The notes below the pieces were generated by a model that was given only the letters and a program-made list of their open reading frames with translations, ran no database searches and had not been told where the DNA came from. A stretch of 57,319 bases of DNA, filler included, from Sphacelaria rigidula (Eukaryota), in assembly GCA_964200075.2 (NCBI GenBank). It is 5 parts of 5 records of this genome, joined end to end, with 100 filler letters (N's around TTAATTAATTAA, not from the genome) between each part and the next. Parts side by side here need not be neighbours in the genome. Positions count along the whole stretch, not along the records: positions 22,969 to 34,352 come from CAXNAA020004987.1; positions 34,453 to 45,836 come from CAXNAA020004988.1; 3 more parts are not named here. One strand, 5' to 3'. The position numbers and the translations under genes were made by a program. Shown piece after piece: positions 23,802-35,170 of this stretch. Position 1 is the first letter of the stretch. Each line of letters opens with the position of its first letter.

Positions 23802-24969
23802 AACCGCATGTCGTTGCATTCGAGACCCACGCCATCAACTGCCGACAGCAAGGGTCTTGTGGCTTTCTCGCGACGCGGTCGGCAGTACGGCAATCAAACC
23901 GGATCATTGCTATATTTCCTTCCTCTACCGCGCGTCCTCCCGGCTGCTCAGAGGTTGTCACGATAACAACACCGAAGTCGCAACATCTGTGAAAGTGATA
24001 GAGTTTGATTTATTTCATCTGTATCCATAAAATTGAAACGGTTCTGAAAACCTGAGGGAGGATGTCTTTCCTGTCCCCGAGACAGGCATCGATGAACGAG
24101 GGAAGACTTTTGCAGGCGGATACAACACACGTGGGGGTCCGGAGAAGTTTCTTTCCATGAAAATCTGTGTTTTCAAAGCTGCAAAGTGTTCCACGCGCAT
24201 TGTTTTCTAATACGAACGGTACCTTGTCGAATTTTGTTCCGTTGTTCAAGAACTGTCCGATGCTGATTGCGGAAACGTTTCGTATTGCTGTTCCATGGTT
24301 TCTTCGGATGTTTAACCCTTGGACCGCGAGATTAGTCTTTCTGGATTATGCATACACGGGTGGCCACTGGGGTCTGTAACCTGGCCATTTTGGGACCTTA
24401 TCCACATTTGGTAAGGTCCGCGGATTAGGTGGACAATTGAAGAGGATTCGCACAGCATGGACAGGTTCGAAACAAAGCATATTCCAGTCTACAGGGGAGT
24501 CACCCGCCTATAGACTGGGACATGTTTTATTTCGGTCCTGTCCATGCTGTGCGAATGCTCTTCAGTTGTCTACCCAATCCGCGGACCTCACCAAAGGTGG
24601 ATAAGGTCCCAAAATGGCCAGGTTACAGACCCCAGTGGCCACCCGTGTATGCATAATCCAGAAAGACTAATCTCGCGGTCCAAGGGTTAAGTGGAACCGA
24701 AGCGGCCACCTTCCCTCAGGTTTTCAGAACCGTTTCAATTTTGCGGATGCAGATAAAATAAATCAAACTCTATCGCTTTCACAGATGTTGTGACTTCGGT
24801 GTTGTTATCGTGACAACCTCTGAGCAGCCGGGAGGACGCGCGGTAGAGGAAGGAAATATAGCAATGATCCGGTTTGCCTGCCGCACTGCCGACCGCGTCG
24901 CATGAAAGCCATAAGAACCTTACTGTCGGCAGTTGATGGCGTGGGTCTCGAATGCAACGATATGCGGTT
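23802..24969. repeat. Outer inverted repeat (arms ~23802-24062 and ~24709-24969)
   Basis: e.g. CATTGCTATATTTCCTTCCTCTACCGCGCGTCCTCCCGGCTGCTCAGAGG vs its reverse complement around 24818-24867. Confidence 0.92.
24316..24686. mobile_element. piggyBac-type MITE, almost entirely palindromic (371 bp)
   Basis: TTAA|CCCTTGGACCGCG ... CGCGGTCCAAGGG|TTAA: TTAA target duplication, CCC/GGG ends, outer ~90 bp perfectly complementary. Confidence 0.9.
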
Positions 24970-27900
24970 TTGGCCGTTGTCGAGCCGAACAGCGCTGGTT
25001 TCACCGGCAACGTTTGTTACTTAAGAAGGCTGTGGGGTCAGCCCACGGTAATAGGCAAAACTAGTGGTTGAATCGCGGTTGTGATTATGATTTATTGTTT
25101 TTGTAGAATGTTGTTTGTTTTGTTTGTTTATTATTTGTTTTCATTCGTACGAAGCAAGCACGAAATGTAGGCAAAATATGCTTTTAACCGAAAATTGACC
25201 AAGAACTTAATACGAACATCAGACCAAAATCCGGGCGAGGTGAACGGCTCGTACAATTCAGGGTGTCCTTTTGTATGGTACAGAGAAAGTATATTTGACT
25301 CGCAAATACACCAAGAAATATGCGAAAAGAACAAAACTGGTGCGTAGGCGCCCGCTAGCCTGATCACCACGTTGTCCTCACTGTGCGACCCTCAAACGGC
25401 GAAGAAGTAAGTACACATGACTCGAGATGAACACCGTTTGTCTCGCCCGAAGCACTCTCACCTCCAATGTGTATTAGAACGGCTGCACGGCGGTCTGCAT
25501 GACCTCTTCGGCAGAAGTACCGGGGGCAGGAGTCCACAATGTTGGCGGGGTCGTGTCGGCCGGCAGCTTCGACGGGAGCAACTCTGAGCCCACATACACT
25601 GCGCCGCCGATATCGTGCTGTCGAGAAATAGAGGGTGAAAACGAGCCGTTCGGCAGTTGGTAACATAGGTGAGAGTCCATGACACCTGTCACAAACGAAA
25701 ACCTGCGATACCAACATGAAGACCCGCCGCTACGGCAATCGGGGAACCAGACTTTTATGTTCGCACGTATACCGCCTAGCCGTGGTGTGGCTCTCTGTAC
25801 CTTGAAGAGCCCAGAGGAGAATGCTTTATGCAACGTCTTCTCTTCGCGATCATGCACCTCGCCGGAGAGACTGGCATCTGAGAGAAAGAGCTCGATAGGG
25901 CGCCCGCCTTGGAGGGCGATCTCCAGCAGTTGCGTCCTCTCAAGTCCAACACCAAGGACAGGGTCGCCCATGTTGGTGAACCTTCATGGGTATGAAGGTT
26001 TAGTGATGGAACATATCGGAGTAGAAAGTGGAATGGGACCGAGTGTATGCGGTTTGAAAAACTACCAATCCATACAAATATAGACTATGACTGAACCGTC
26101 TGATAACGCCACGAAGGGTAGAGTAATGCCTTCCATTAACCACCGGACACGCCATCACCTCCAAACGAAGGTGCGCAACAATCCCGGGGGGAAAGAATTT
26201 TCGGGGCCGCCGGCCGGAGCTCCTTGCTTGTACGTCAACATCTCGGTGTGCCCGCCGCCGATCTTCTGCCAGCAGTCTGGCATTTTCCCCCTGATTGTGC
26301 TGCCGTAGGGGTCTTTAAATGTGACCCTCTGATTCACCGTGAAACATTTCCCCCCTTGCTCTGACCGTTTGTGGGCCACCATGATGGCTTCGTGATGCGG
26401 GTAGAAATAGATTTCTCTTCTCTCTTCCGAGAGCCCCCGTGTTTGCTTGAATATTCGATGAGGACAGGGTCTTCTTCGAGCGCCATGATGTGGTCTTGAG
26501 TGATGGCGTCTGTGACGTGGTGCAGGCGGGTTGGCGACAGCGAGGGCCGGGCCGGGGTGGGCTGTCGGGCGGGGGGAGGGTGGGGTGGGGGGGAGGGGGC
26601 ATCGTCTTTTTTTGCTCGCCTTCGCCGTTTGACCATTGACCGCGCGGCACTCAGCCGGAGCTCCGTTCCTACACCTGATGAATAAATACCTCCAATATTT
26701 CCGCACTCATGACGCTTCTTCCATATATGACACGAAATGTTTGACAGACCTTATCCCCTTCCTGCTTCACCTTCTGTGGCCACAATCTATCTCCAAGTAT
26801 AGCGATCGTTATCGCGCTACAATTCTAGGTGCCAAACAATGCCATACCACCTTCATTTAAATCTCGAATTTCTCCGTCCATGTATTGCGTGTGGGGTGGT
26901 ACCTCTGATTCGATTTCCATGCGGGAACCATGGCCGTGGCACGGCAAATGCGATCGTCCCCAAAGGATGCAAGGCGCTCAGCAGTTTGCCCACAAACCGC
27001 TTGAAGTGCCTCTTCACGTGGTCGTCTGTTAGGGACAGGATGCTTTTCTCGGCATCCAAGGAGACGAGGATGAGCTTCGGCTGGCGTGCCACAGACAGGG
27101 GGTTGACTCCATCGATGAGCTCACACCCTCTGCGAAGTAGGTTTACCGCGTGCGTAAGAGAATTCTTGCGCCTGTGCGAAAAAACAAAGGCCATTCCACA
27201 CGGTACACATCGATATCCCACGGAAAAACGCGGGTGAAGTGCGATCCTGAGGCAGACAACCAAAGCACTGTCGAAACACGCACCCTACCCGACGGGTCAT
27301 CATTACGTGTTTCCGCTTTCATTTTTATTAGCCTGCAGTTATCACCGACTCCCTTTAATGTACGATCTCATTGCCTTCACCTGCGCTGTGTTTTTGTTAC
27401 GGGCGCAACTCTTGGGGGGGGGGGGGGGGGGGGGGGGGCTACATCGGCACATTGTCAAATTCGAAGAATCGCGGCACAAACAAACCGCAAGTATTATAAG
27501 CGTGGTAACAAACACAGTATAGAAGATGACAGCATGTATCGAGTGCTGGGGTCTGATTAAGACCTTCGGTACTGCCTTACGCCGCCACACCCCTCCCCTT
27601 CCCCACCCTGACGTAGTAACACTCTCACGGTGTACTCCGAGAGTATGAACGCGACACAGCCATAGTTGCCAACCGATCGGTCGTTTCACGCGTTGGTGTA
27701 TCCGCGGGGGGGGGCAAGGGTTATGTGACCAACTACACTCACTGAGAGACACGTGCCGAAAAGATGAAGTTCACCGGCGACTGTTTTCACACGAGGAAAC
27801 GCTCGGCTGGATCTGGGATCATCGCACCTTTGCTTTTCCATGGTGGCGCCGGCGGGCGGTCGGGGAACGCTTGCCTTTCTCGCTTTCTTCCCGCTATTTG

Positions 27901-29436
27901 ATGTGGCGCCGTCTCCGGCTGGTTCCTGAGATTCTTTCCTCTTCCGGCGCTCTGGGTTGCCCTCGCACGATATGCAAAGGCGCTTTTTTCGCCTGGCCAG
28001 AGTCGCATCTTCTGAGATAGGGGCGAGCAGGTCGCAGAACGTATGGTGTTCAACCCTGCAGTGCGTGCATCGGTACCTGCGGGAATGAGGACAGAGTAAT
28101 ATATGTCGGCGGCGAATCGATCGACAGTCTCGCGAGTAATGCCTTCATCGATGGGTGTGTACCTCGGTACCCGCCCTCCGACTAGATACTCCATGTGCGC
28201 TATTTTCACTCTCACCTGACGTGTAGGGTGGGTTTGCACGACTCGCACACTTGCCCTCGCGACTACCCGCTGCTGGACGGTCTCTGCCGTCCTCACCCTC
28301 GCCGTCGGCCTCCCCAACGGATGCGTCGTTCACATCTCCCTCGCAGCCGCTACCCACGAGTTTTAAACGCGCTGTATTGTCGTTTATCGCGTTCCATTTT
28401 TTTCTCCACGTTTCGCTGAAAGACTTAAGGGTCCCTCTTTGTGTCATCTGCGATCGGGGGTGACGGCAGTATCTGTGTTGTGTCAAGTATGAACTAAGAT
28501 ACAACAGAAGGACCAACGGCAGCACGTCTCTGCTTTGTCTCTGGAGTGCAAATGTACGTGGGCGGTGGTGGTGTTTTACTCTCCTCGACCAATGTTACCG
28601 CGAAAGATACAGTTGACTTCCGTGCCTGAGCAGCGAGGCCGGTCACCGATCAGCTCGCAACAGCGAATATATGTCTCCACTTTCTTACGATAAAGTCAAA
28701 TACCGACGGGGAGCAACGCACCAGCTCCAAGGGCCGTGGAAGTCTTCCCTTGTAGACCGCCTCGAATTCCTTCATGGCTTCGCCTTCCTGTTCTTCGGCC
28801 GGCAGGCTTTCTCTTGTCTCTGATGTCGTCTTGTCTACGGACGATATGTAGTTCCCCACGAACAGCTGGAAATCTTCCAACCCGTCCGCACCGTTTATCA
28901 TTCTGTGCACGCCGCTGTTCGTAGAAATCGGAATCGAAAACATCAGACGTCGCACCACAGTCCGTGACAGGTCGACTAGTGTGCAGAGATAGTCACATAC
29001 ACGGCGGCTCTTTCTAACGTGGTCTCGGTATGGACAGAGCACCTTACTTCGGGCGGTGGCCGGGCTACAGATTAACGGCACTCACGCCATAAACCTGTCC
29101 ATCCAAGCAAGACGAGGGACCACGCTCTCGAGTCTCTCCACCAGGTTGTGCGCGATGCCGGCGTTTTTGGTGATCCGATCCCAATCTTCGGTGTGGGTGT
29201 CATCTTGTTCGCCCTCGAATGTCTGGCGTGGCACGGTCGAAAATCGAGGATGAATGTCATCCGGGTACCGCCCTTGGAATCTTTCATGAGCATCGCGATA
29301 TATTCGAAATAAACACACATCTGCACTCTCCGCCTGTCATGTGTGGCCTCGCTCATCCTCGAAAGCAGCCATCTGCAATTCGCAACCCCTGGCGTTTAAA
29401 CCGGTCGATATTGTCTTTCCTCTGTCCAAAAAATAA

Positions 29437-29607
29437 ATTCAACCAACCATCCAACCAACCATCCCAACCAACCATCCTCAAACAATCTCTAATTAATTAA
29501 TAAGGAATTTTTATATACAGTGCAAACTTCAACCAACCATCCAACCAACCATCCCAACCAACCATCCTCAAACAATCTTTAATTAATTAATAATTATTTT
29601 TTATATC
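29437..29607 (+). repeat. ~90-bp tandem duplication with internal CAACCAT/CAAC repeats
   Basis: TTCAACCAACCATCCAACCAACCATCCCAACCAACCATCCTCAAACAATC..TAATTAATTAATAA occurs twice. Confidence 0.93.
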
Positions 29608-32203
29608 TGCAATTCGTGACCGCCGGCGTTTATACGGGTCGCTGTCGTCCTCCAGCGATTCCGGTGCAAAAAACTATTCATGTTATATTCTGTTTTGCTA
29701 CGATGTCTGAGGTCATACATGCCAACCGGAGAATGCTTTTATATTTTGATTTCGAAACATTTTCGATGTTGATGAAGGTTCCCGAGGTTGGTCCTCTGCC
29801 AAAATCCATCCTCAATTTTGAAAGTAGACTGCTTCGCGCTGGGGTGGTGGGTATGTGTGGTTACACCTTGGATAAATTGGTTATGACGGTCTATCAACCA
29901 GGACGTACCACATGACACACTCTCGTCATCCTTCGGTGCGGCGAATTGATGGAAGATAACTCTAGATTATCACAACAATCGACTGGATGTACCGGCGGTG
30001 CATACCTTACGAGCATATTGACGGCGATCGATTGCGCTGCGGGTTTGGCGTGTAGATCGCTGTAAGCCTTGCTCTTCAGGTACGTCAGCGAAACACATTT
30101 TGCGTCGATACCGGGGTCCGACGTCTGGAACGCCCAGGCAATGGCCTTCATTGCTTCCGGTGTAGTGGAGAAGCAGGCCTTCCGCCAGTGCCGCATCGTC
30201 ACCAGCGACAGAGAATTCAAACCCAGCTGTTTTCGGTAACGGGGGGGCACCATCGGACCGTGCAGAAAAACATGCATCAGATGCGGTGAATTTGTTCGCT
30301 GCACACTGGATTGTTTCTCGGCGTTCGAGTGGGTGGGAGACGCAGCGCACGCGTCGTAAACCGTCCGGACGTACATATGATACAATACGACTTTGAACCT
30401 CACCCAATGCCCGCCATCGTCCTCGTGTAATGAAGACCCGGTTTTGTACTACCCCGTGTTACACATTCCACTACTCACGTTCGTGAACTCCTTCGCTATT
30501 TGTTCCCCCGTGACGGCATCGTTTCCCGTCCTCTCCTGGACCGAGGTTATGATCCCAACGAACATGTAAAGCTTGTCGTACGTGATGCGGGGAAGACAGA
30601 GTTTCGCCGACATCGTTTAAAGCTGCTCGAAGGCATACAGGCAGCAGCAACGGTTGACGCGGTTATTACTCTCCGATGTTCCAGACTTTGTTTTCGAAAA
30701 CATTTCCTCTCTGACACAGCTGATGCTGGTCAACAAAAATATAAATCAATTAAGTCGTCCCTTTGGTCCTTCATATCTCTTTACTCACGAAAGAAGCGAG
30801 AAACGGAACAGATTTTTGCTTTTTGTCGGAGAAAAACGGCCGTCACACATCATCGCAGAAAAAAATTGAAAAGTTGGGGACTTTCGGGAAAAACATCCCA
30901 GATGTGTCGCAAGTCTCGCAGATATTCCCCGCAAGGACGAGATCGGGTGTGTGAGGGCGTGTGTTGGCACTTTTTTTTTCGATCGAAAAAGTGCGATCGA
31001 AGTTTTTCTTGCCCATCTGATAGGTCCACTGCCTTCACGTGTCTCAAAGGCTTCAACTCAGAATTATAATCAGCGCCGCGCGGAGAAGAATGTAACGGGT
31101 GAAAAATCATAACTTTTCGATCAAAATCATGCAGTCGAAAGGCACGAAGCGGCACCTGACCCTTGTCTTACGGACCACCACGCCAAATAACACCCGTTCG
31201 CAGGATCATGCAAACTCCATCCAACTCATTCACAGCTACCACCGCAACCATGCAGCATAGAGCACGATTTGAGCACAGGGATACATACACTGCAGTAGTT
31301 GTAAGCAGAGAGAACCGATAGCCTTGGGCTGTCTGAACTGCACATTGTCAACTTCCCCTTTATCTTCTCCTGTGCGAAGCACGCACACACGCACTCAGAC
31401 ATCCTACTTGCAAGCAGTGCAAACGGTACAGACCATGTATCGTCTCACGAATTTCACTATCGTTTTTGGATCGAAAGCTTGGAAATCCATCCGGGCCCAA
31501 CTGCATCCAAACGAAAACCATTCACTTGACTCAATTCCACCGCTCTTTTTGTTCGCTCGAGACACAAGTGCGAAGACATGCCCTGAGACGTGCGAATTCT
31601 CGCTAACAAGTATATGTATGCAAACGGCAACCGGAAACACCCAGGCGCTGAAGCAAAGATATACCTGCCGGCACACTCGTGTATGCGAAGTGAAGGGCCA
31701 TACTGTTTTTTAGAGCCCGAAAAAGAGAAAAGGTGCATAAAAATCCTTGAGGTTCCGATTTCCTTTTTAGGGGCTGAAAAAGAAATAAGGCACACAAAAA
31801 AAGAGAAAAAAAGGCATACAAAAAAAAGGAAAATGTGCCTGCCGAAAACGAAAAAAAGTAGAGGCGAAAAGCATGAGAACAGTATCCGAAAAAGACGAGG
31901 AAACGTAGTCAAGGGTCCACAGTCTACACCTCAGGCACACGCGAACCGTCGCTTCAATCATAGACCCGCGGACGAGCCGTGTGAAAGGCCGAGCCTCAAT
32001 TCCTAGCGCTAAACTAGTGTGCAGCCACAACAACCGTTTTTTTGTACATACCTGACTCGGATGACCCAACCATTGTGTCGGTATTTTTCAAACACTAGGC
32101 CGTGCAACAACTGTTTTGGCATCATGAGGTAGTTCGGTGCTCTCGAAACGATTGCGGGGGCACGTGGCCACAGAAAATACCATCGATCAATATCCCGACT
32201 CAC

Positions 32204-32615
32204 CGTCGCCGAGGATGCGCATGACCTCTGGCCCAAATTCGTGGTACACTCGACAGGGCACGCAGTGATCTTGCTCGAAAATCGATCTTGCGGCAGATAT
32301 CCGATGGTTTCCGTCTAAGACGCGAAAAGCACACGTCGCGAGAAACTCCGGCGTTACACCTCCATCTTCCGGAACTCCTTGGTGCGGCATCACGATGGCT
32401 GGCAGATTGTGCGTAAGCCACCCCTTTGACTTCAACGAAGTGATGACCTTCTCCACTCTACGAGGGTTCAGCTCGCGCGTGAGGGACGTCACGGTGATTT
32501 GGGATAACTTTATCGGAAACGTACCAACGTAGTGGCTTGTGAGGAGGCTTTCCATGTTCCGCTGTACTGGCGCTACTGCACCTGACGGTTGGCTTCTGAC
32601 CTCAGGGGAATCCAT
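32204..32615 (-). CDS. ParB/Sulfiredoxin-like domain exon
   Basis: ParB-N pattern R..N...V..L..S....G....P.IV ... VLDGNHR..AA; GTGAGT donor at 32203; TTTCAG acceptor just upstream of the ATG. Confidence 0.85.
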
Positions 32616-33267
32616 TCGCCTGAAACAATGGTAGCCTGCTGCTTGAGTGTATTGGGACGCAGGCCGCAGGCAGCAGCGTAGTGGGTTGTGTTGCGTTGGG
32701 GGGTGGTGGGGGGGGGGGGGAGTGGGGGATGGGATCGAGCATGATCGGGGCACGTTACCCAGGTCACCCACGAAGCCACCTGCGATGGGAACGTAGCGAC
32801 GTATCTGGGTCATATCAAACTCACATGAGTACGGATTACCCGTGTTGACTGATATTATCGTACTTGGTGAGTAGTACATCCACGTGTTTGTTACGGTCGT
32901 CACTTTCTGTGGGATGATGGCCCGTTTGCAGCACGTCGGTTGCCATGCCATCGAAACAATCATATCAGTCAGGCAGGTGAAAAGACTTAATGATTCCGAT
33001 ATTTGTCGACATGTGTCCCATTACCTGATCGCGCTTCTGGTGCACATAGGCGGTTGCGCACAGAACCACAGCATATTTATCCCGACATTCTAGCGATCAG
33101 GGCATGTTGCTTTTAATTCCCGACAAGATTGGTCAAGGTGCGGAACCGCGACAGCACCTCAATTACTGCCAGAGCATCACCGCCCTGCCCCCAGCCGGCA
33201 CAAAGTATCGACAACACCCACTCTGAAACACCAACGCACCAGAGGAATTAGTGTCGAGCGTGCGTTT

Positions 33268-33767
33268 ATGCCCGTCACAGAGGCAGGTCGCCTCCTGTTC
33301 GCGACCTCGGTTGAATCCGCAGAGCGGAACATCGCATCATCATGTGGGCATGCCGGCGGCTTGACTCCACAAGGACGGCAACCAGAGCAACCCCTCCTCG
33401 AGTCGATCGTTCCGGTGTCGGCTGCAGTTCTCCCCACACGGCCGATGGAGCTGCACGATATGATTGCATCGAGTATCGAGCGCTGCCGCAGTTTACGGTG
33501 TGTAGAGCGGTTCCTTGAAGGGACACGTGATGCTCGGAGATTGGCGTTCGAGCAAGAGGACCTCAATCGTGTCGTCGCGCGCCAAGCAAGACTGGCTTGG
33601 TTACGAGGGCACGTGCCGTGTCAGAAACCAGGTAAGGGCATGGGATCCATGCATGCTTCCGACGGCGTGGTTTGTAATCGTTTCTTCGCTCGAGCCTATG
33701 GGGTGTCGAAGAACCCCATTGAGGACGCCAAGAAGAACCCGGGTGCTCCATCGGTGTTGAGAATCAC
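33268..33767 (+). CDS. Putative first exon of a DNA-transposon transposase-like protein, divergent from the ParB gene
   Basis: C..LRC and VCNRFFARAYGVS..I resemble the VC..FF...(Y/L)G(V/I)S motif I associate with N-terminal regions of Sola-like transposases; ends at a GTGAGT donor. No catalytic region in the contig. Confidence 0.45.
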
Positions 33768-34352
33768 GTGAGTATGATCTCCAAGTTAGGTCAGGTGTGT
33801 CCATCAGGATCCTCGTTTCAACCGTTTTATCATGACCGATTCCTCACTGTGTTTTAATTCAGGAGCCCAATGGTTTCGAATCGGCTGCCCGTTGCGGATG
33901 TTTTAAAACTAGACGAAGCCTTCACGCGTGGTACCGGAGTCCAGGCAGTAGTACACAGCATTAACACACGCACAGTAAACGGAGTTAAGCCTTCACGTGT
34001 AGTACCGTAGTGCAGGCAGTATGCAGTAGTCATATCCTCTGTTTCTGTATCCACTGACATAGACGCGCACCGCATGTGACCTCGAACCCTGCAGTACGGT
34101 GAAAACGGTACACCGTAATTATCGTGACCCATCGCAGACCCCCTCGACCGAATTTCAAAGCTCGACTACTCCGCAGCAAGAAGAGCATCAGATCTGAAAG
34201 GGTGACGTTGAAAAGATCTCGTTAATAGCTGTCCGAAAACGCGTCGTTTGGTATTGGCACCCTCTTCGTCATGGGATAATCGAGCTTTGAAATGACGATA
34301 GTGCTGTACTGGGGGGGGGGGGGGGGTACTCATTGTACGGGGGGGGGGGGGG

Positions 34353-34452
34353 NNNNNNNNNNNNNNNNNNNNNNNNNNNNNNNNNNNNNNNNNNNNTTAA
34401 TTAATTAANNNNNNNNNNNNNNNNNNNNNNNNNNNNNNNNNNNNNNNNNNNN
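34353..34452. other. Artificial spacer
   Basis: N44-TTAATTAATTAA-N44. Confidence 0.99.
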
Positions 34453-34469
34453 TGATTTTCTCCTTGCCT

Positions 34470-35170
34470 TACTCGTTTGACCATTGATCACGCATCCCTT
34501 TTGAGACGGAGCACCGTTCCTACTCCTAGTAGAAGCACCTCAATCATTTAGGTGCTCATTACTTTTTCTTGACATTAGCACAAACACCTTTTACATATCT
34601 TATCCTCGTCCTGTTTCGCCATCTGTTGCCACCATCTATCTCCTAGTGTAGCCGCGATTTTTCGCTATTGTAAATATATCCAACAATTTCATGCCGCCTT
34701 CGCTCACGTTCCGCATTTCCCCCTCTAGCACGTATCGTTCCTCCTTGTACGGTTCATATTCTGCCACTATATGAGCTCTGCTATCTATTGCTTTGCCACA
34801 GGGGCAGTTCTGTGCATTTGCTTCCTCCTCCTCTCGACTACTGGTGTACCTCTTTCTTCTTCCTGGCAGGTCCAGGTCTCCCACCCGAAATCGCAGCTTC
34901 AATTTTTTCGCCGCGTCCATTGGGCCATGCACATATATTTCCATCCGTTTTCCCTCTCTCAACCCCTCGTGAATCTTCAGGTGGTCTTCCTCGTTTACTT
35001 TGGGTTTTAGCGCTCCTTTTCCCCTTATTTCTATATTGTCTCTATCTTTTGTCTTGTAACCCGCGCCTTCACCTATAAACAGTATTTTGTCTTGGTTTCC
35101 TCCTATCTCTTTCAAAACTTTCCCGACTTCTCTATCCGACCTTATTCCAACCTGCCCTTTCGTATTTTCT
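34470..35170 (-). mobile_element. Non-LTR retrotransposon (LINE) 3' fragment
   Basis: KLRFRVGDLDL...R...CPCG...SRAHIVAE(Y)EPY..ER, a degenerate C-terminal CCHC region typical of LINE ORF2; a related 3' piece lies at ~55720-55870. Confidence 0.7.

Larger units (their letters stand above)
25474..32615 (-). pseudogene. Spliced, decayed gene: ParB/Srx domain + HTH-like segment + unknown middle + beta-class N4C/N6A methyltransferase-like C-terminus
   Basis: Exon 32615-32204 reads RELNPRRVEKVITSLKSKGW..PAIV..FRVLDGNHRISAAR. It splices in phase to exon 30622-30479 (ALNDVGETL..YDKL..VTGEQIAKEF, one frameshift). Coding-like minus ORFs lie at 30400-27790. PKLILVSLD..LSALHPLGTIAF sits near 27080-26940. 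The splice 26159>25981 gives ENSFPPGLLRTFVWRFTNMGDPVLGVGLERTQLLEIALQGGR. That all parts form one gene is inferred. Confidence 0.6.

Noticed and set aside
29490-29592. TAATTAATTAA resembling the assembly linker
   Set aside because: No flanking Ns, and it is part of a natural 90-bp tandem duplication.
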